Below are positions 39,523-48,689 of a DNA stretch of 64,000 bases, piece by piece (position 1 is the stretch's first letter; every line of letters starts with the position of its first letter). Origin of the DNA: Gemmatimonas sp. Lineage in GTDB: Bacteria; Gemmatimonadota; Gemmatimonadetes; Gemmatimonadales; Gemmatimonadaceae. The stretch spans positions 1 to 64,000 of the forward strand of contig JANNVQ010000010.1 of assembly GCA_031414535.1 (NCBI GenBank). The letters are read 5' to 3'. A program made the translations under genes and the position numbers. Below the pieces are notes generated by a model that was not told the origin of the DNA, ran no database searches, and was given only the letters and a program-made list of their open reading frames with translations.

Positions 39523-39927
39523 ATGTCACATAGGGGCGTCCACCACATCGCTCTCGCCCGCGCCACGCGCGGGCTATCCCGCCACGCTCGCCGAGTGCTG
39601 CACCAGCAGCACAAGCGTCAGGTCAAGCGTGAGACCTTCAGGGATTGCGGACGCCGTTGTGTCTACTGCGCCACCGGACTTGGATTGGAGAATGCCACTC
39701 TGGATCACGTGATTCCGCTCTCACGCGGCGGCACGCACCAGCCGGGCAACCTCGTGGCGGCATGTCAGACCTGCAATCAGCGCAAAGGCTCGCTGCTCCC
39801 CACAGAATTCTTCGCCCGGTATCCGGCGGCCGGGCAGAACTTCATGCGGTATGCGCGGGCGGTGCATCGGCAGCTGAAGCGGGGCGCTCGACGGGCGGTG
39901 TCTTTGCACTACGCGCAGGCGGCGTAA
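39523..39927 (+). CDS. stand-alone HNH endonuclease (McrA/HNH_5-like)
   Basis: CVYC, TLDHVIPLSRGG, NLVAACQTCNQRKG; GAGG RBS. Confidence 0.9.
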   Translation: MSHRGVHHIALARATRGLSRHARRVLHQQHKRQVKRETFRDCGRRCVYCATGLGLENATLDHVIPLSRGGTHQPGNLVAACQTCNQRKGSLLPTEFFARYPAAGQNFMRYARAVHRQLKRGARRAVSLHYAQAA

Positions 39928-39934
39928 GCTGACT

Positions 39935-40000
39935 GGACGGATGACGGATGACGGATGCTACTGCGCATTGGCCGTAGCGTCCGTCATCCGTCTTCCGTCC
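39935..40000. repeat. heptamer palindromic repeat doublet
   Basis: GGACGGATGACGGATGACGGATGCTAC...GTAGCGTCCGTCATCCGTCTTCCGTCC. Confidence 0.9.
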
Positions 40001-40005
40001 ATAAT

Positions 40006-40842
40006 TCAGCGCGAAAGCGCCTCGCGATGCAGCATGACCTTCTTGCGCTCGATGCCCCAGGCGTAGCCGCCCAACTCGCCACTCGCTCTGATCACGCGAT
40101 GGCAGGGAATCAGATAACTCACCGGATTGCCGCCCACCGCTGTTCCTACCGCGCGTGAGGCCTTGGGGTCGCCGACCTTGCTGGCGATGGCGCCATACGT
40201 CGTGACTTCGCCGGCCGGGATTTCTAGTAGCGCGCGCCAAACCCTCAACTGAAAGTTCGTGCCCTTCACGTGCAGCGAGAGTGACGGAATCTTGTTGCTG
40301 CCCGGAGGAGGGAAGGCCTTTGCCGCGGCGGCGCGCGTGGCATTCTGATCAGGCAGCAGATTCGCCAAAGGCCAATCGTGCTCAAGTCGCGCCATCGCTT
40401 CCTTGCGCGTCACTGGTGCCACGAAGGCCAAGTGGCAGACGCCGCGCGGCGTCACGGCAATCAAACATTCCCCGAATGGCGTGGGATGAAATCCATAGCG
40501 CACCGTGATGCCCAAGCCGCCGCGCTGCAACTCACCTGGCGTCACAGCTTCGGCGTTCACGATTAGATCGTGCAGTCGCCCAGGTCCCGAAAGCCCGGCC
40601 TCATACGTCGCCGCCAACACCGGCCGACGCTCTCGCAGCAACTGCTTCACCACCTCGGCCGTGCGATGCTGCACGAAACGCTTGGGCGAAATCCCCGCCC
40701 AGCGCGTGAACATCCGCTGAAAGTGCGACTCGCTGAGCCCCACGTGCTCGGCGACAGCCTTGAGGGATGGTGCAGCGGCGCGCTCGCGATCCAGGTAGCG
40801 GATGGCCCGCTCGATTCGCGAATAGTCTGACGTGGCTTCCAT
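40006..40842 (-). CDS. AraC-HTH / methylated-DNA--protein-cysteine methyltransferase (Ada-like)
   Basis: LSESHFQRMF HTH, GTNFQ, PCHRV. Confidence 0.9.
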   Translation of the reverse strand: MEATSDYSRIERAIRYLDRERAAAPSLKAVAEHVGLSESHFQRMFTRWAGISPKRFVQHRTAEVVKQLLRERRPVLAATYEAGLSGPGRLHDLIVNAEAVTPGELQRGGLGITVRYGFHPTPFGECLIAVTPRGVCHLAFVAPVTRKEAMARLEHDWPLANLLPDQNATRAAAAKAFPPPGSNKIPSLSLHVKGTNFQLRVWRALLEIPAGEVTTYGAIASKVGDPKASRAVGTAVGGNPVSYLIPCHRVIRASGELGGYAWGIERKKVMLHREALSR

Positions 40843-40919
40843 CGAAATCTCCGGTGTGGTTCGATGGACGATGGCAGGATTCAAGGGTTGGAGCGACCCG
40901 ATACTTGCGGTGAGTGAAT

Positions 40920-40986
40920 GGACGGATGACGGATGACGGATGCTACTGCACTGCTGCCGTTGGCATCCGTCATCCGTCTTCCGTCC
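40920..40986. repeat. heptamer palindromic repeat doublet
   Basis: GGACGGATGACGGATGACGGATGC...GCATCCGTCATCCGTCTTCCGTCC. Confidence 0.9.
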
Positions 40987-40994
40987 AGTTCCTA

Positions 40995-42836
40995 CTAGTA
41001 GTCCACTGGCCGCAAATAACTCTCTCCGATGGCGGCCCCAGAGAGCATCGCCACAGTCGGCAGCTTGCGCTTCCAGTGCGTGGAGTCCAAGCGCTTGGTC
41101 ACCAGCTTGAGCGCTTCCGCGTCCACGCCCTTCGCGATCAACTCTTCGCGGCTCCAGCCGTGGAGCAGCCAGTTGAGTATCTCATCGGCCACGGCGTAGC
41201 TCACACCGAAATCCGCTTCGTCCGTCTGGCCCGCCACGAGATCGGCGCTCGCGGGCTTCTTCACAATCTCAGCCGGCACGCCGAGGTAGCTGGCCAACTG
41301 CCAGACCTGCGTCTTGAACAGATCGCCAATCGCGTTCACTGGCGGTGAATCGTCGGCGTGCCACGTGAAGTAGCCCAGCAAGCGCTCGCTCTTGTTGCCC
41401 GTACCCAGCGGCAGCGCACGATACTTCGCGGAGAGATCGAACAGCGAAATCATCCGCACGCGCGCCATCACGTTGCCGCGCCGAGCGGCATCGGCCTCGG
41501 GTTCGTTGGCGAGGTAGCCATCCACGGCGGCAGAGATGTCTAGCGTGCGCTGCTCGATGCCGAGCTGGTCCATGAGGAGCTGGGCGTGGGCAAGTGAATC
41601 AGGGCTCGACGTGCGATACGGCAAGCGCACACCAATCACGTTCTCCTTGCCGAGCGCGCGTGCCGCGAGGGCCGCGACCACGGCGGAATCCACACCACCC
41701 GAGAGACCGACCACGGCCTTCGTAAAGCCGCGCCGCTGAAACTCATCGCGCAAGAAGGCAACGAGCCACTGCTCCACGAGCCGCGCGTCAATGTCCAGCG
41801 ACGGAGGTGTGCCGTGACCTTGCGTGCCCGCTTGAACCACAGGCAGCGCGGTGATCGCCGCGAGAGGAACGCTGCGGGGGACAACAGGACGGAGGACGGA
41901 TGACGGAAGCACGGGGCTTGTTGCATCCGTCATCCGTCTTCCGTCCAGTCCAAGCACCCTTTCCAGCTCCCCACGCAAGAACGGAAGCGCAGACCGCAAA
42001 TCACTCAAAAGAGGAAGCTCCGCTCTCACCCGGCTGATATCTCCAAGCTCGATGCTCGTCGTGACCAGCGCTTCCTCAAAGATCGGAGCGCGCACGCGCA
42101 CATCACCGCGCGGGCCCACGACCATCGAGCCGCCCTGGAACATGCGCCCGCCTTCGCTACCCACGAGATTCGCGAGCACGCAGTACACGCCGTGCTCGTC
42201 GGCGATGTCGCGCACGAGACGCTCCCAGCGGCCCACCGAGCCTGGTTGCGAGCCATCCTCGCGCGGATTGATGCCACGGGCCGGCGCCGCCGCCACCACG
42301 CACACGACCTGCGCGCCATCAAGCGCGGCAATCGTACCGGTGAGCGAGTGCCAAGCATCTTCGCAGATGAGAATCGCCGCGCGGCCCCAGCTCGTATCAA
42401 AAGCCTGTACGCCGTAACCACGCTCCACGAAGCGCTCTTCGTCAAACAGCGAATACGTGGGCAGGAAGTTCTTGCGATGCAGGTGCAGCACGCGCGCCGC
42501 CTTGCCGCCGCCGAACGCGATGCAGGCCGCCGAGTTGTGCAGCGTGCCGTTCTCCGCCTGCTCGTAGAAGCCGAGGATCACGTCCAGCGCGGGAAGCGCC
42601 GGTGCCAGCGAGGCCAGGCGCGCATCCAATTCCGCGGCGAGCCGCTCGGCGCTCAACGAAAGCTCCCGCACCCCGCCTTCCACGAAGTAGCCCGAGGTCA
42701 CCGTCTCGGCGAACACCACGAGTTGGGGCTGCGGCTCCAACGCCGCCGACTGCGCCACCAAGGCCGCGATGCGGTCAAGGTTGGCGCTGAGGGCGGCTTT
42801 CTGGGGGCGGAACTGAACTAAGGCGAGGGTCAGCAC
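40995..42836 (-). CDS. nadE: glutamine-dependent NAD+ synthetase
   Basis: CN-hydrolase E-K-C triad (FAET, RKNFLP, ICED) plus SGGVDS, NVMARVRM, TGNKSE. Confidence 0.92.
   Translation of the reverse strand: MLTLALVQFRPQKAALSANLDRIAALVAQSAALEPQPQLVVFAETVTSGYFVEGGVRELSLSAERLAAELDARLASLAPALPALDVILGFYEQAENGTLHNSAACIAFGGGKAARVLHLHRKNFLPTYSLFDEERFVERGYGVQAFDTSWGRAAILICEDAWHSLTGTIAALDGAQVVCVVAAAPARGINPREDGSQPGSVGRWERLVRDIADEHGVYCVLANLVGSEGGRMFQGGSMVVGPRGDVRVRAPIFEEALVTTSIELGDISRVRAELPLLSDLRSALPFLRGELERVLGLDGRRMTDATSPVLPSSVLRPVVPRSVPLAAITALPVVQAGTQGHGTPPSLDIDARLVEQWLVAFLRDEFQRRGFTKAVVGLSGGVDSAVVAALAARALGKENVIGVRLPYRTSSPDSLAHAQLLMDQLGIEQRTLDISAAVDGYLANEPEADAARRGNVMARVRMISLFDLSAKYRALPLGTGNKSERLLGYFTWHADDSPPVNAIGDLFKTQVWQLASYLGVPAEIVKKPASADLVAGQTDEADFGVSYAVADEILNWLLHGWSREELIAKGVDAEALKLVTKRLDSTHWKRKLPTVAMLSGAAIGESYLRPVDY
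41887..41946. repeat. heptamer palindromic doublet lying in frame in nadE (60 bp)
   Basis: GGACGGAGGACGGATGACGGAAGC-N12-GCATCCGTCATCCGTCTTCCGTCC. Confidence 0.9.
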
Positions 42837-42853
42837 GGTATAGAAAAGTACTT

Positions 42854-42975
42854 GGACGGAAGACGAAAGACGGAAGGGGTGGCGGGGGACAGACCGGCGC
42901 CGGGGCGCACCTTCGGAGCGCAATCAGGGTAAAATCCCCCTGTGCATCGCTCCTTCCGTCTTTCGTCTTCCGTCC
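42854..42975. repeat. heptamer repeat pair around the nadE/PBP divergent promoter
   Basis: GGACGGAAGACGAAAGACGGAAG (42854-42876) and its exact complement CTTCCGTCTTTCGTCTTCCGTCC (42953-42975). Confidence 0.85.
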
Positions 42976-44951
42976 TGCTCCTCGCACTCGGCTCCCAGCT
43001 GGCCGCGCAGGAGCCCGCCCAAGTTGAGCCCTGGCGGATCATCGTCCCAGCCCAGTCGAGTCTCGTGCTCGCCCGAGACGGCTCGCTGGTGGGCGAGATT
43101 GGCCGTGAGTGGCGCACCTCCATCTCCATCGCAAACCTGCCGCGCTACGTGCCCGCGGCCTTCGTGGCGGTGGAGGACCGGCGCTTCTACCAACACGATG
43201 GTGTGGACGTCGTGGGCATCGCCGCGGCCATCCGCGACAACATCCTCGGCGCGAGCCGTGGGGCGAGTACCATCACGCAGCAACTGGTGGGCAACATGCA
43301 TCCCACCATCATCAACCGCGCCGACCGCACGCTCTCGCGCAAAGTGCGCGAGCAGCGCGCCGCGCGAGAGATGGAACGCCACTACACCAAGAACGAGATC
43401 CTCGAGGCATACCTCAACCAGATCCACTTCGGGCGGAACTGGTACGGCATTGATGCCGCGGCACGCCACTTCTTCGGCAAGAGCGCCGCGGAGCTGAGTA
43501 TCGCCGAAGCGGCCTCGCTCGCGGCGTTGCCTAAGGGGCCGGCCATTTACGATCCCATCCGGCATCCGGACCGCAACAAAAATCGTCGCGATGCCATTCT
43601 CGGCTTGATGGCGGAGCAGAACTACATCACGCGCGAGCAGGCGGCGGCGGCTCGCGCCGAGCCCGTGCGGGTGTCGCCCAACGCTGGGATGTCGGTAGCG
43701 GCACCGTATTTCGTGGATGCGGCGCGACAGGCGGCGGAGCGCGCTGGCATCCCGGTGCGAAACGGCGGCTACCGCATCACCACGACCATTGACCCGGCGC
43801 TGCAGCGCGCCGCCAACTCCGCGCTGCTCGAAGGCATTCAGGGCATCGAGGCGCAACGCGGGTATCGCCATAGCACGCCGACCACCGCGCCGCGCGGCTC
43901 CACGGAATTCCTCCAAGGCGCCATCGTCGCCATTGACCCCGCCACCGGCGATGTGCGGGCGCTCGTCGGGGGCCGCGACTTCGCCACCGCGCCGTTTAAT
44001 CGCGCCACGAACGGTCTGCGTCAGCCGGGCTCAACGTTCAAGCCGATTGTGTATGCGCGCGCGTTGATGGATTCGCTGCCGCCCAACACCATCACGCCTG
44101 ACACCGCGATCACCATCAAGTACGAGGCGCAAGAGTACTCACCAAAGAATGCCGATGGCGAGTTCCTCGGTGCCATCACCATGCGCACCGCGTTGGCGCG
44201 CTCGCGCAATCCCGTGGCGGTCATGCTCTGGCAGCGCGAAGGTGCGGATTCGGTGATTGCGCTGGCGCAGCGGATGGGAATCAATTCGCCCATCGCCCCG
44301 TATCCCTCGAGCGCCATTGGGGCATCGGCGGTGCGACCGATCGAGTTGGTGGGGGCGTTCACAGCATTCGCCAATTTAGGTCGCGCCACCGAGCCGCGGC
44401 TCGTGCTCCGAGTGCAGGACGCGGTGGGGAGAACGGTCTGGGGTCAGGGCACTCGGGTGCTCGCGCCGGCGATGGATTCGGCCGTGGCCTATGTGGCGTT
44501 GCAAATGATGCGCGAGGCCGTGGACGGGGGAACGGGCAACGCCGTGCGCCGCTTCGTCACGCCGGACGTGCAGGTGGCGGGCAAAACGGGCACCACGGAC
44601 GACAACACCGACGTGTGGTTTGTGGGGATGACGCCGAATCTCGTCGCTGGCGTGTGGTTGGGCTTTGATCGGCCACGCACCATCACGCCGGGTGCGGCGG
44701 GCGGCGCGTTGGCCGCACCGATCTTCGGGACCATGCTGGCCCGTTGGGGTGGCGCGAGCAAAGATGCCTGGTTGCAACCCACCACCGTCGTGACGACGGA
44801 GATGGACCGCCTGACGGGAGACCTCGCTGAGCCCTGGACACCCGCCGAACGCCGTTACGTGGAGAGCTTCTTGGCGGGTACTGAACCGGGAGCGCTGCGC
44901 GTGGACGCGCGGCGGCTGTTCCTGACCTACGGGCCTCTGCCTATCTTCTAA
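42942..44951 (+). CDS. class A penicillin-binding protein (PBP1A family)
   Basis: EDRRFYQHDG, GASTITQQL, STFK, SRN, KTG. Confidence 0.93.
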   Translation: MHRSFRLSSSVLLLALGSQLAAQEPAQVEPWRIIVPAQSSLVLARDGSLVGEIGREWRTSISIANLPRYVPAAFVAVEDRRFYQHDGVDVVGIAAAIRDNILGASRGASTITQQLVGNMHPTIINRADRTLSRKVREQRAAREMERHYTKNEILEAYLNQIHFGRNWYGIDAAARHFFGKSAAELSIAEAASLAALPKGPAIYDPIRHPDRNKNRRDAILGLMAEQNYITREQAAAARAEPVRVSPNAGMSVAAPYFVDAARQAAERAGIPVRNGGYRITTTIDPALQRAANSALLEGIQGIEAQRGYRHSTPTTAPRGSTEFLQGAIVAIDPATGDVRALVGGRDFATAPFNRATNGLRQPGSTFKPIVYARALMDSLPPNTITPDTAITIKYEAQEYSPKNADGEFLGAITMRTALARSRNPVAVMLWQREGADSVIALAQRMGINSPIAPYPSSAIGASAVRPIELVGAFTAFANLGRATEPRLVLRVQDAVGRTVWGQGTRVLAPAMDSAVAYVALQMMREAVDGGTGNAVRRFVTPDVQVAGKTGTTDDNTDVWFVGMTPNLVAGVWLGFDRPRTITPGAAGGALAAPIFGTMLARWGGASKDAWLQPTTVVTTEMDRLTGDLAEPWTPAERRYVESFLAGTEPGALRVDARRLFLTYGPLPIF

Positions 44952-44955
44952 CACT

Positions 44956-45903
44956 GTGACCCACCACTTCGCATTGCGCCGATTGGCGCCGCTGGCACTC
45001 GTTGCTTCTGTCTTGCTCTCCTGCTCTTCGTCAAAGACGCCGGCGGGAGTTGACGACTCAGAGTTCACGCTCGAGGTCGTGTGGCTTGGGACTCAGCCGA
45101 CCGGCCCAACGCTCGCGTCGTTCGATGCGGCGTTGAGTACCGTGCGCAGCACCATCGTCGGCGCGCTCACCTCGGTTGCGATTCCCGCGACCTTTACGAA
45201 TCTCAGCCAGTGCGGACTGAGCGGGCATCCCGATATCTCGCGAACCAACATCCGCGGCCTGCGCGTCTACCTCTTGGTCCAGGCGATTGACGGCCCGGCG
45301 GGAACGCTTGGGCAGGCTGGTCCCTGTCTCATTCGAGCCAACGACATCCCCGCACTTGGCTTCATGCGCTTAGACGAAGCCGACGTCGCCAATTTGCAAG
45401 CCTCGGGCCGGCTCCCGCGCGTGGTCTTACACGAACTGATGCACGTGCTGGGCTTCGGTACCGTGTGGTACGACAACCTTGTGGACACGGTCACGACGCC
45501 GACGGATGTGCGCTACACCGGTGTGAGCGCTCGCACCGCCTGTGTGACAGATCATGCCGGAGCGACTCCCTGCGCGACCAACGTCCCAGTGCATAGTGCA
45601 GACGGCGCCGGCTCCCGCTTCTCGCACTGGCGCGAGAACGTCTTCCAGTCGGAGTTGATGACGCCCTTCCTCGGGAGCGGCGCCACCCCGTTCTCAAAGA
45701 TGAGCATCCAGGTGCTCGCTGACCTCGGCTATCAGGTGGGCTTCACGTCGGCCGATCCCTACACGGTGCCCACGCCGCCAGTTGTCGCGATGTTGCGCGA
45801 TGGCCCCGCGTCTTCGTCGGATATTGTGTTGCCCGAGCCAGTGCAGCCGCGGTGGAAGCTCGACGGGGCCGGTAGGCTCACGCCGTACCGACCCCGTCGT
45901 TGA
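44956..45903 (+). CDS. leishmanolysin-like (M8) zinc metalloprotease lipoprotein
   Basis: Lipobox LLSC, HELMHVLGF, SHW, ELMT. Confidence 0.82.
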   Translation: MTHHFALRRLAPLALVASVLLSCSSSKTPAGVDDSEFTLEVVWLGTQPTGPTLASFDAALSTVRSTIVGALTSVAIPATFTNLSQCGLSGHPDISRTNIRGLRVYLLVQAIDGPAGTLGQAGPCLIRANDIPALGFMRLDEADVANLQASGRLPRVVLHELMHVLGFGTVWYDNLVDTVTTPTDVRYTGVSARTACVTDHAGATPCATNVPVHSADGAGSRFSHWRENVFQSELMTPFLGSGATPFSKMSIQVLADLGYQVGFTSADPYTVPTPPVVAMLRDGPASSSDIVLPEPVQPRWKLDGAGRLTPYRPRR

Positions 45904-45927
45904 TTCCGCTTGCGGCTCGCTGAGCCC

Positions 45928-48471
45928 TTAGGCAACAACCGCCAAGGGCTCCCCCGTCGGCTCCGGCACCAGCGCCAGCTTCAACACATCCTCCAGCGTC
46001 TCCACGAAGTGGAAGCTCAGCTTCCCACGCGCCTCTTCCGGCACATCCTCCACATCCGCCTCGTTCGCCTTCGGCAGGATGATGTCGGTGATGCCCGCGC
46101 GCAGCGCACCAAGCACCTTCTCCTTCACACCACCAATCGGCAACACGCGCCCACGCAGCGTGATCTCGCCCGTCATCGCGATGTCCTTGCGCACGGGACG
46201 TCCGCTGAGCTCGCTGGCAAGTGCGGTGGAAATCGCCACGCCTGCTGAAGGACCATCCTTCGGAATCGCACCAGCCGGTACGTGAATGTGCGTCTCCACC
46301 GCACCGAGCTTGTTCCGCGGAATGCCCAGCAACTCAGCGTTCTTGGTGACATAAGTGAACGCTGCGCGCGCCGACTCCTTCATCACATCGCCGAGCTGGC
46401 CGGTGAGAATGAGTGAGACCGGTGCGCCACCTTCGGCCGCCGGCGCGGCGAGCGAACGCACTGACGCTTCGACGAACATGATGTCACCGCCCATCGGCGT
46501 GTAGTACATACCGGTGGCGATACCCACCTCGTGCACGACGTTGGCCTTTTCGGGATGCACCTTTGGCCGGCCGAGCAGATCGCGCACTTCGTCCACGTCA
46601 ATGATGCCGTCGGCGCCCACGTCCTTGCCTTCCTTGGTCGCGATGCGACGTGCCACCTTGCGTGCCACCTTGCCGATTTCTCGCTCAAGCTGACGCACGC
46701 CGCTCTCGCGCGTGTACTTGCTCACCAGCGAGGCGATGGCGTCGTCGGAGAAGCCGAGGTTCTTGTCCTTGAGACCATTCTCCTCAAGCTGACGCGGAAT
46801 CAAATACTTCTTGGCGATCTCCTGCTTCTCGCGCTCGGTGTAGCCGGCGAAGTCCACGACTTCCATACGGTCGAGCAGCGGACCGGGAATGTTTTGGATG
46901 AAGTTAGCCGTCGCGATGAACAGCACTTCGGAGAGATCGAAGGGCACGCCAAGGTAATGATCCGTGAACGAATCGTTCTGCGCCGGATCGAGTACCTCGA
47001 GCAGCGCGCTGGACGGATCGCCCTGGAACGACGTACCGAGCTTGTCGACTTCGTCGAGCAAGAAAACAGGGTTCTTGGTGGCCGCCTGCTTCATGCCCTG
47101 CACGATGCGGCCAGGCATCGCGCCCACGTAGGTGCGGCGATGGCCACGGATGTCGGCCTCGTCGCGCGCGCCACCCAAGGCAACACGTACGTACTCACGT
47201 CCCAAGGAGCGGGCGATGGACTTCGCGATGCTCGTCTTGCCCACGCCTGGCGGCCCGCTGAACAGGAGAATCGGACCCTTCGCCATGGCGCGGGCCTTGG
47301 CCTCGCGCTTGTCGGTGATGGTCCGCTCCTTCTCTTCTGGGTCGGCCTTCTTCTTGGGAATGGACGCGCTGGGCGCTTCTTCGGCCGTGGTCTTGAGCTT
47401 GGCCGCGGGGAACTCACCGGTGCGATCCATCTCCTCCGCGAGCTGCTGGGCGCGGAGCTGACGAACAGCCAAGAACTCGAGCACGCGGTCCTTCACGTCT
47501 TGGAGTCCGTAATGGTCGTCTTCGAGCACGGTGTGCGCGTGCTGGAGATCGAGCTGATCATCGGAACGCGTGTTCCACGGCAACTCCGACATCCACTCGA
47601 GATACGTGCGGATGACCTGAGCCTCCATGGACTCACGCCCCGCGCGCTCAAGACGCCCGAGCTCACGTTCCACTTCTCGACGCGCTTCCTTTGGCAGCTC
47701 AAGCTTGAGCAGCTTCTCGCGCAGCTCCTCGATTTCCTTGGCGGAGTCGTCGTCGCCGAGCTCCTTCTGGATGGCCTTCATCTGCTCGCGCAGGAACATC
47801 TCGCGCTGGCGCTCGCCGAGTTCTTCCTGGACCTGCGACTTGATCTCCTCCTGCGCTTCGAGGAGGGAGATCTGGCGCTGCACCATCACGAGCACCTTGC
47901 GGAGGCGGTCCTCAACGGAAAGGGTCTCAAGAAGGCCCTGCTTCTCAGGAACGGAGAGCTCGATATAACCGGCGACGAGATCCGCGAACTTGCCGGGTTC
48001 CGTGACCGAGTCCAATACCTGATGCACGACCTCCTCAGGGAGGCCGCGACGTTCGCCAAGTTCGGCGGCGCGTTCGCGGATTTCCTTATGAAGGGCTTCG
48101 AAGGCGGCGTCTTTTTCGTCGAGCGGCGCCATTTCTTCCGTTTGTGTAACAACGGCGGAGAGGAAGCCTTCCGTAGTGGTGTACTGCAGGGCGGTGGCGC
48201 GTTGTTCGCCGTGCAGCAGCAATTGCACGCCGCCGAGGCCACGCTGCACCTGCCCAATGCGCGCGATCACGCCCATTGAGTAGAGGATGTCGGCAGACGG
48301 CTCCTCCGTGTTGTCCTTTTGCGCGACGGCAAAGACGAGGCGATCGCCCTTCAGCGCGGATTCAATCGCGCGAAGCGTGCCCGGCCTGCCGGCCGCGATT
48401 GGGGCGGTTAGCCCCGGGAAAATGACCGTCCCACGCAAGGGAAGGACGGGAAGGGTCTGGCGGGTGCTCAT
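45928..48471 (-). CDS. lon: Lon protease
   Basis: LPVLPLR, GPPGVGKT, RRTYVGAMPG, PKDGPSAG, GGVKEK. Confidence 0.96.
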   Translation of the reverse strand: MSTRQTLPVLPLRGTVIFPGLTAPIAAGRPGTLRAIESALKGDRLVFAVAQKDNTEEPSADILYSMGVIARIGQVQRGLGGVQLLLHGEQRATALQYTTTEGFLSAVVTQTEEMAPLDEKDAAFEALHKEIRERAAELGERRGLPEEVVHQVLDSVTEPGKFADLVAGYIELSVPEKQGLLETLSVEDRLRKVLVMVQRQISLLEAQEEIKSQVQEELGERQREMFLREQMKAIQKELGDDDSAKEIEELREKLLKLELPKEARREVERELGRLERAGRESMEAQVIRTYLEWMSELPWNTRSDDQLDLQHAHTVLEDDHYGLQDVKDRVLEFLAVRQLRAQQLAEEMDRTGEFPAAKLKTTAEEAPSASIPKKKADPEEKERTITDKREAKARAMAKGPILLFSGPPGVGKTSIAKSIARSLGREYVRVALGGARDEADIRGHRRTYVGAMPGRIVQGMKQAATKNPVFLLDEVDKLGTSFQGDPSSALLEVLDPAQNDSFTDHYLGVPFDLSEVLFIATANFIQNIPGPLLDRMEVVDFAGYTEREKQEIAKKYLIPRQLEENGLKDKNLGFSDDAIASLVSKYTRESGVRQLEREIGKVARKVARRIATKEGKDVGADGIIDVDEVRDLLGRPKVHPEKANVVHEVGIATGMYYTPMGGDIMFVEASVRSLAAPAAEGGAPVSLILTGQLGDVMKESARAAFTYVTKNAELLGIPRNKLGAVETHIHVPAGAIPKDGPSAGVAISTALASELSGRPVRKDIAMTGEITLRGRVLPIGGVKEKVLGALRAGITDIILPKANEADVEDVPEEARGKLSFHFVETLEDVLKLALVPEPTGEPLAVVA

Positions 48472-48689
48472 CAGCGCGGAATCCTTGGAATGGATGAAAG
48501 CGATGCCTGCGATATCCCTGAGTCGCAAGGAGCGTTCCGCCCTGACTTACGACCTTTTGGCGGGGAATGCAACTTTAGGGTGCCGTACTGACGTAGGGTC
48601 TGCCATCCTACCGAGACTGCGTCCGGCGTTTGGTATCTAGGTCTCCCAGACCGTATCTTTGCCGCTCACGCCCCCCACACCGCATAGCC

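Noticed and set aside
39523..39927. IscB/Cas9-like or group II intron assignment of the HNH gene
   Set aside because: Only 134 aa, with no RuvC, PLMP or RT motifs and no transposon ends seen.
40914..41348. ORFs beginning GRMTDDG (also at 30539 and 56948)
   Set aside because: The starts come from ATGs inside the heptamer repeat. The ORFs are antisense shadows or spurious extensions.
46531..48279. 582-aa plus-strand ORF
   Set aside because: Antisense shadow of lon with no motifs.
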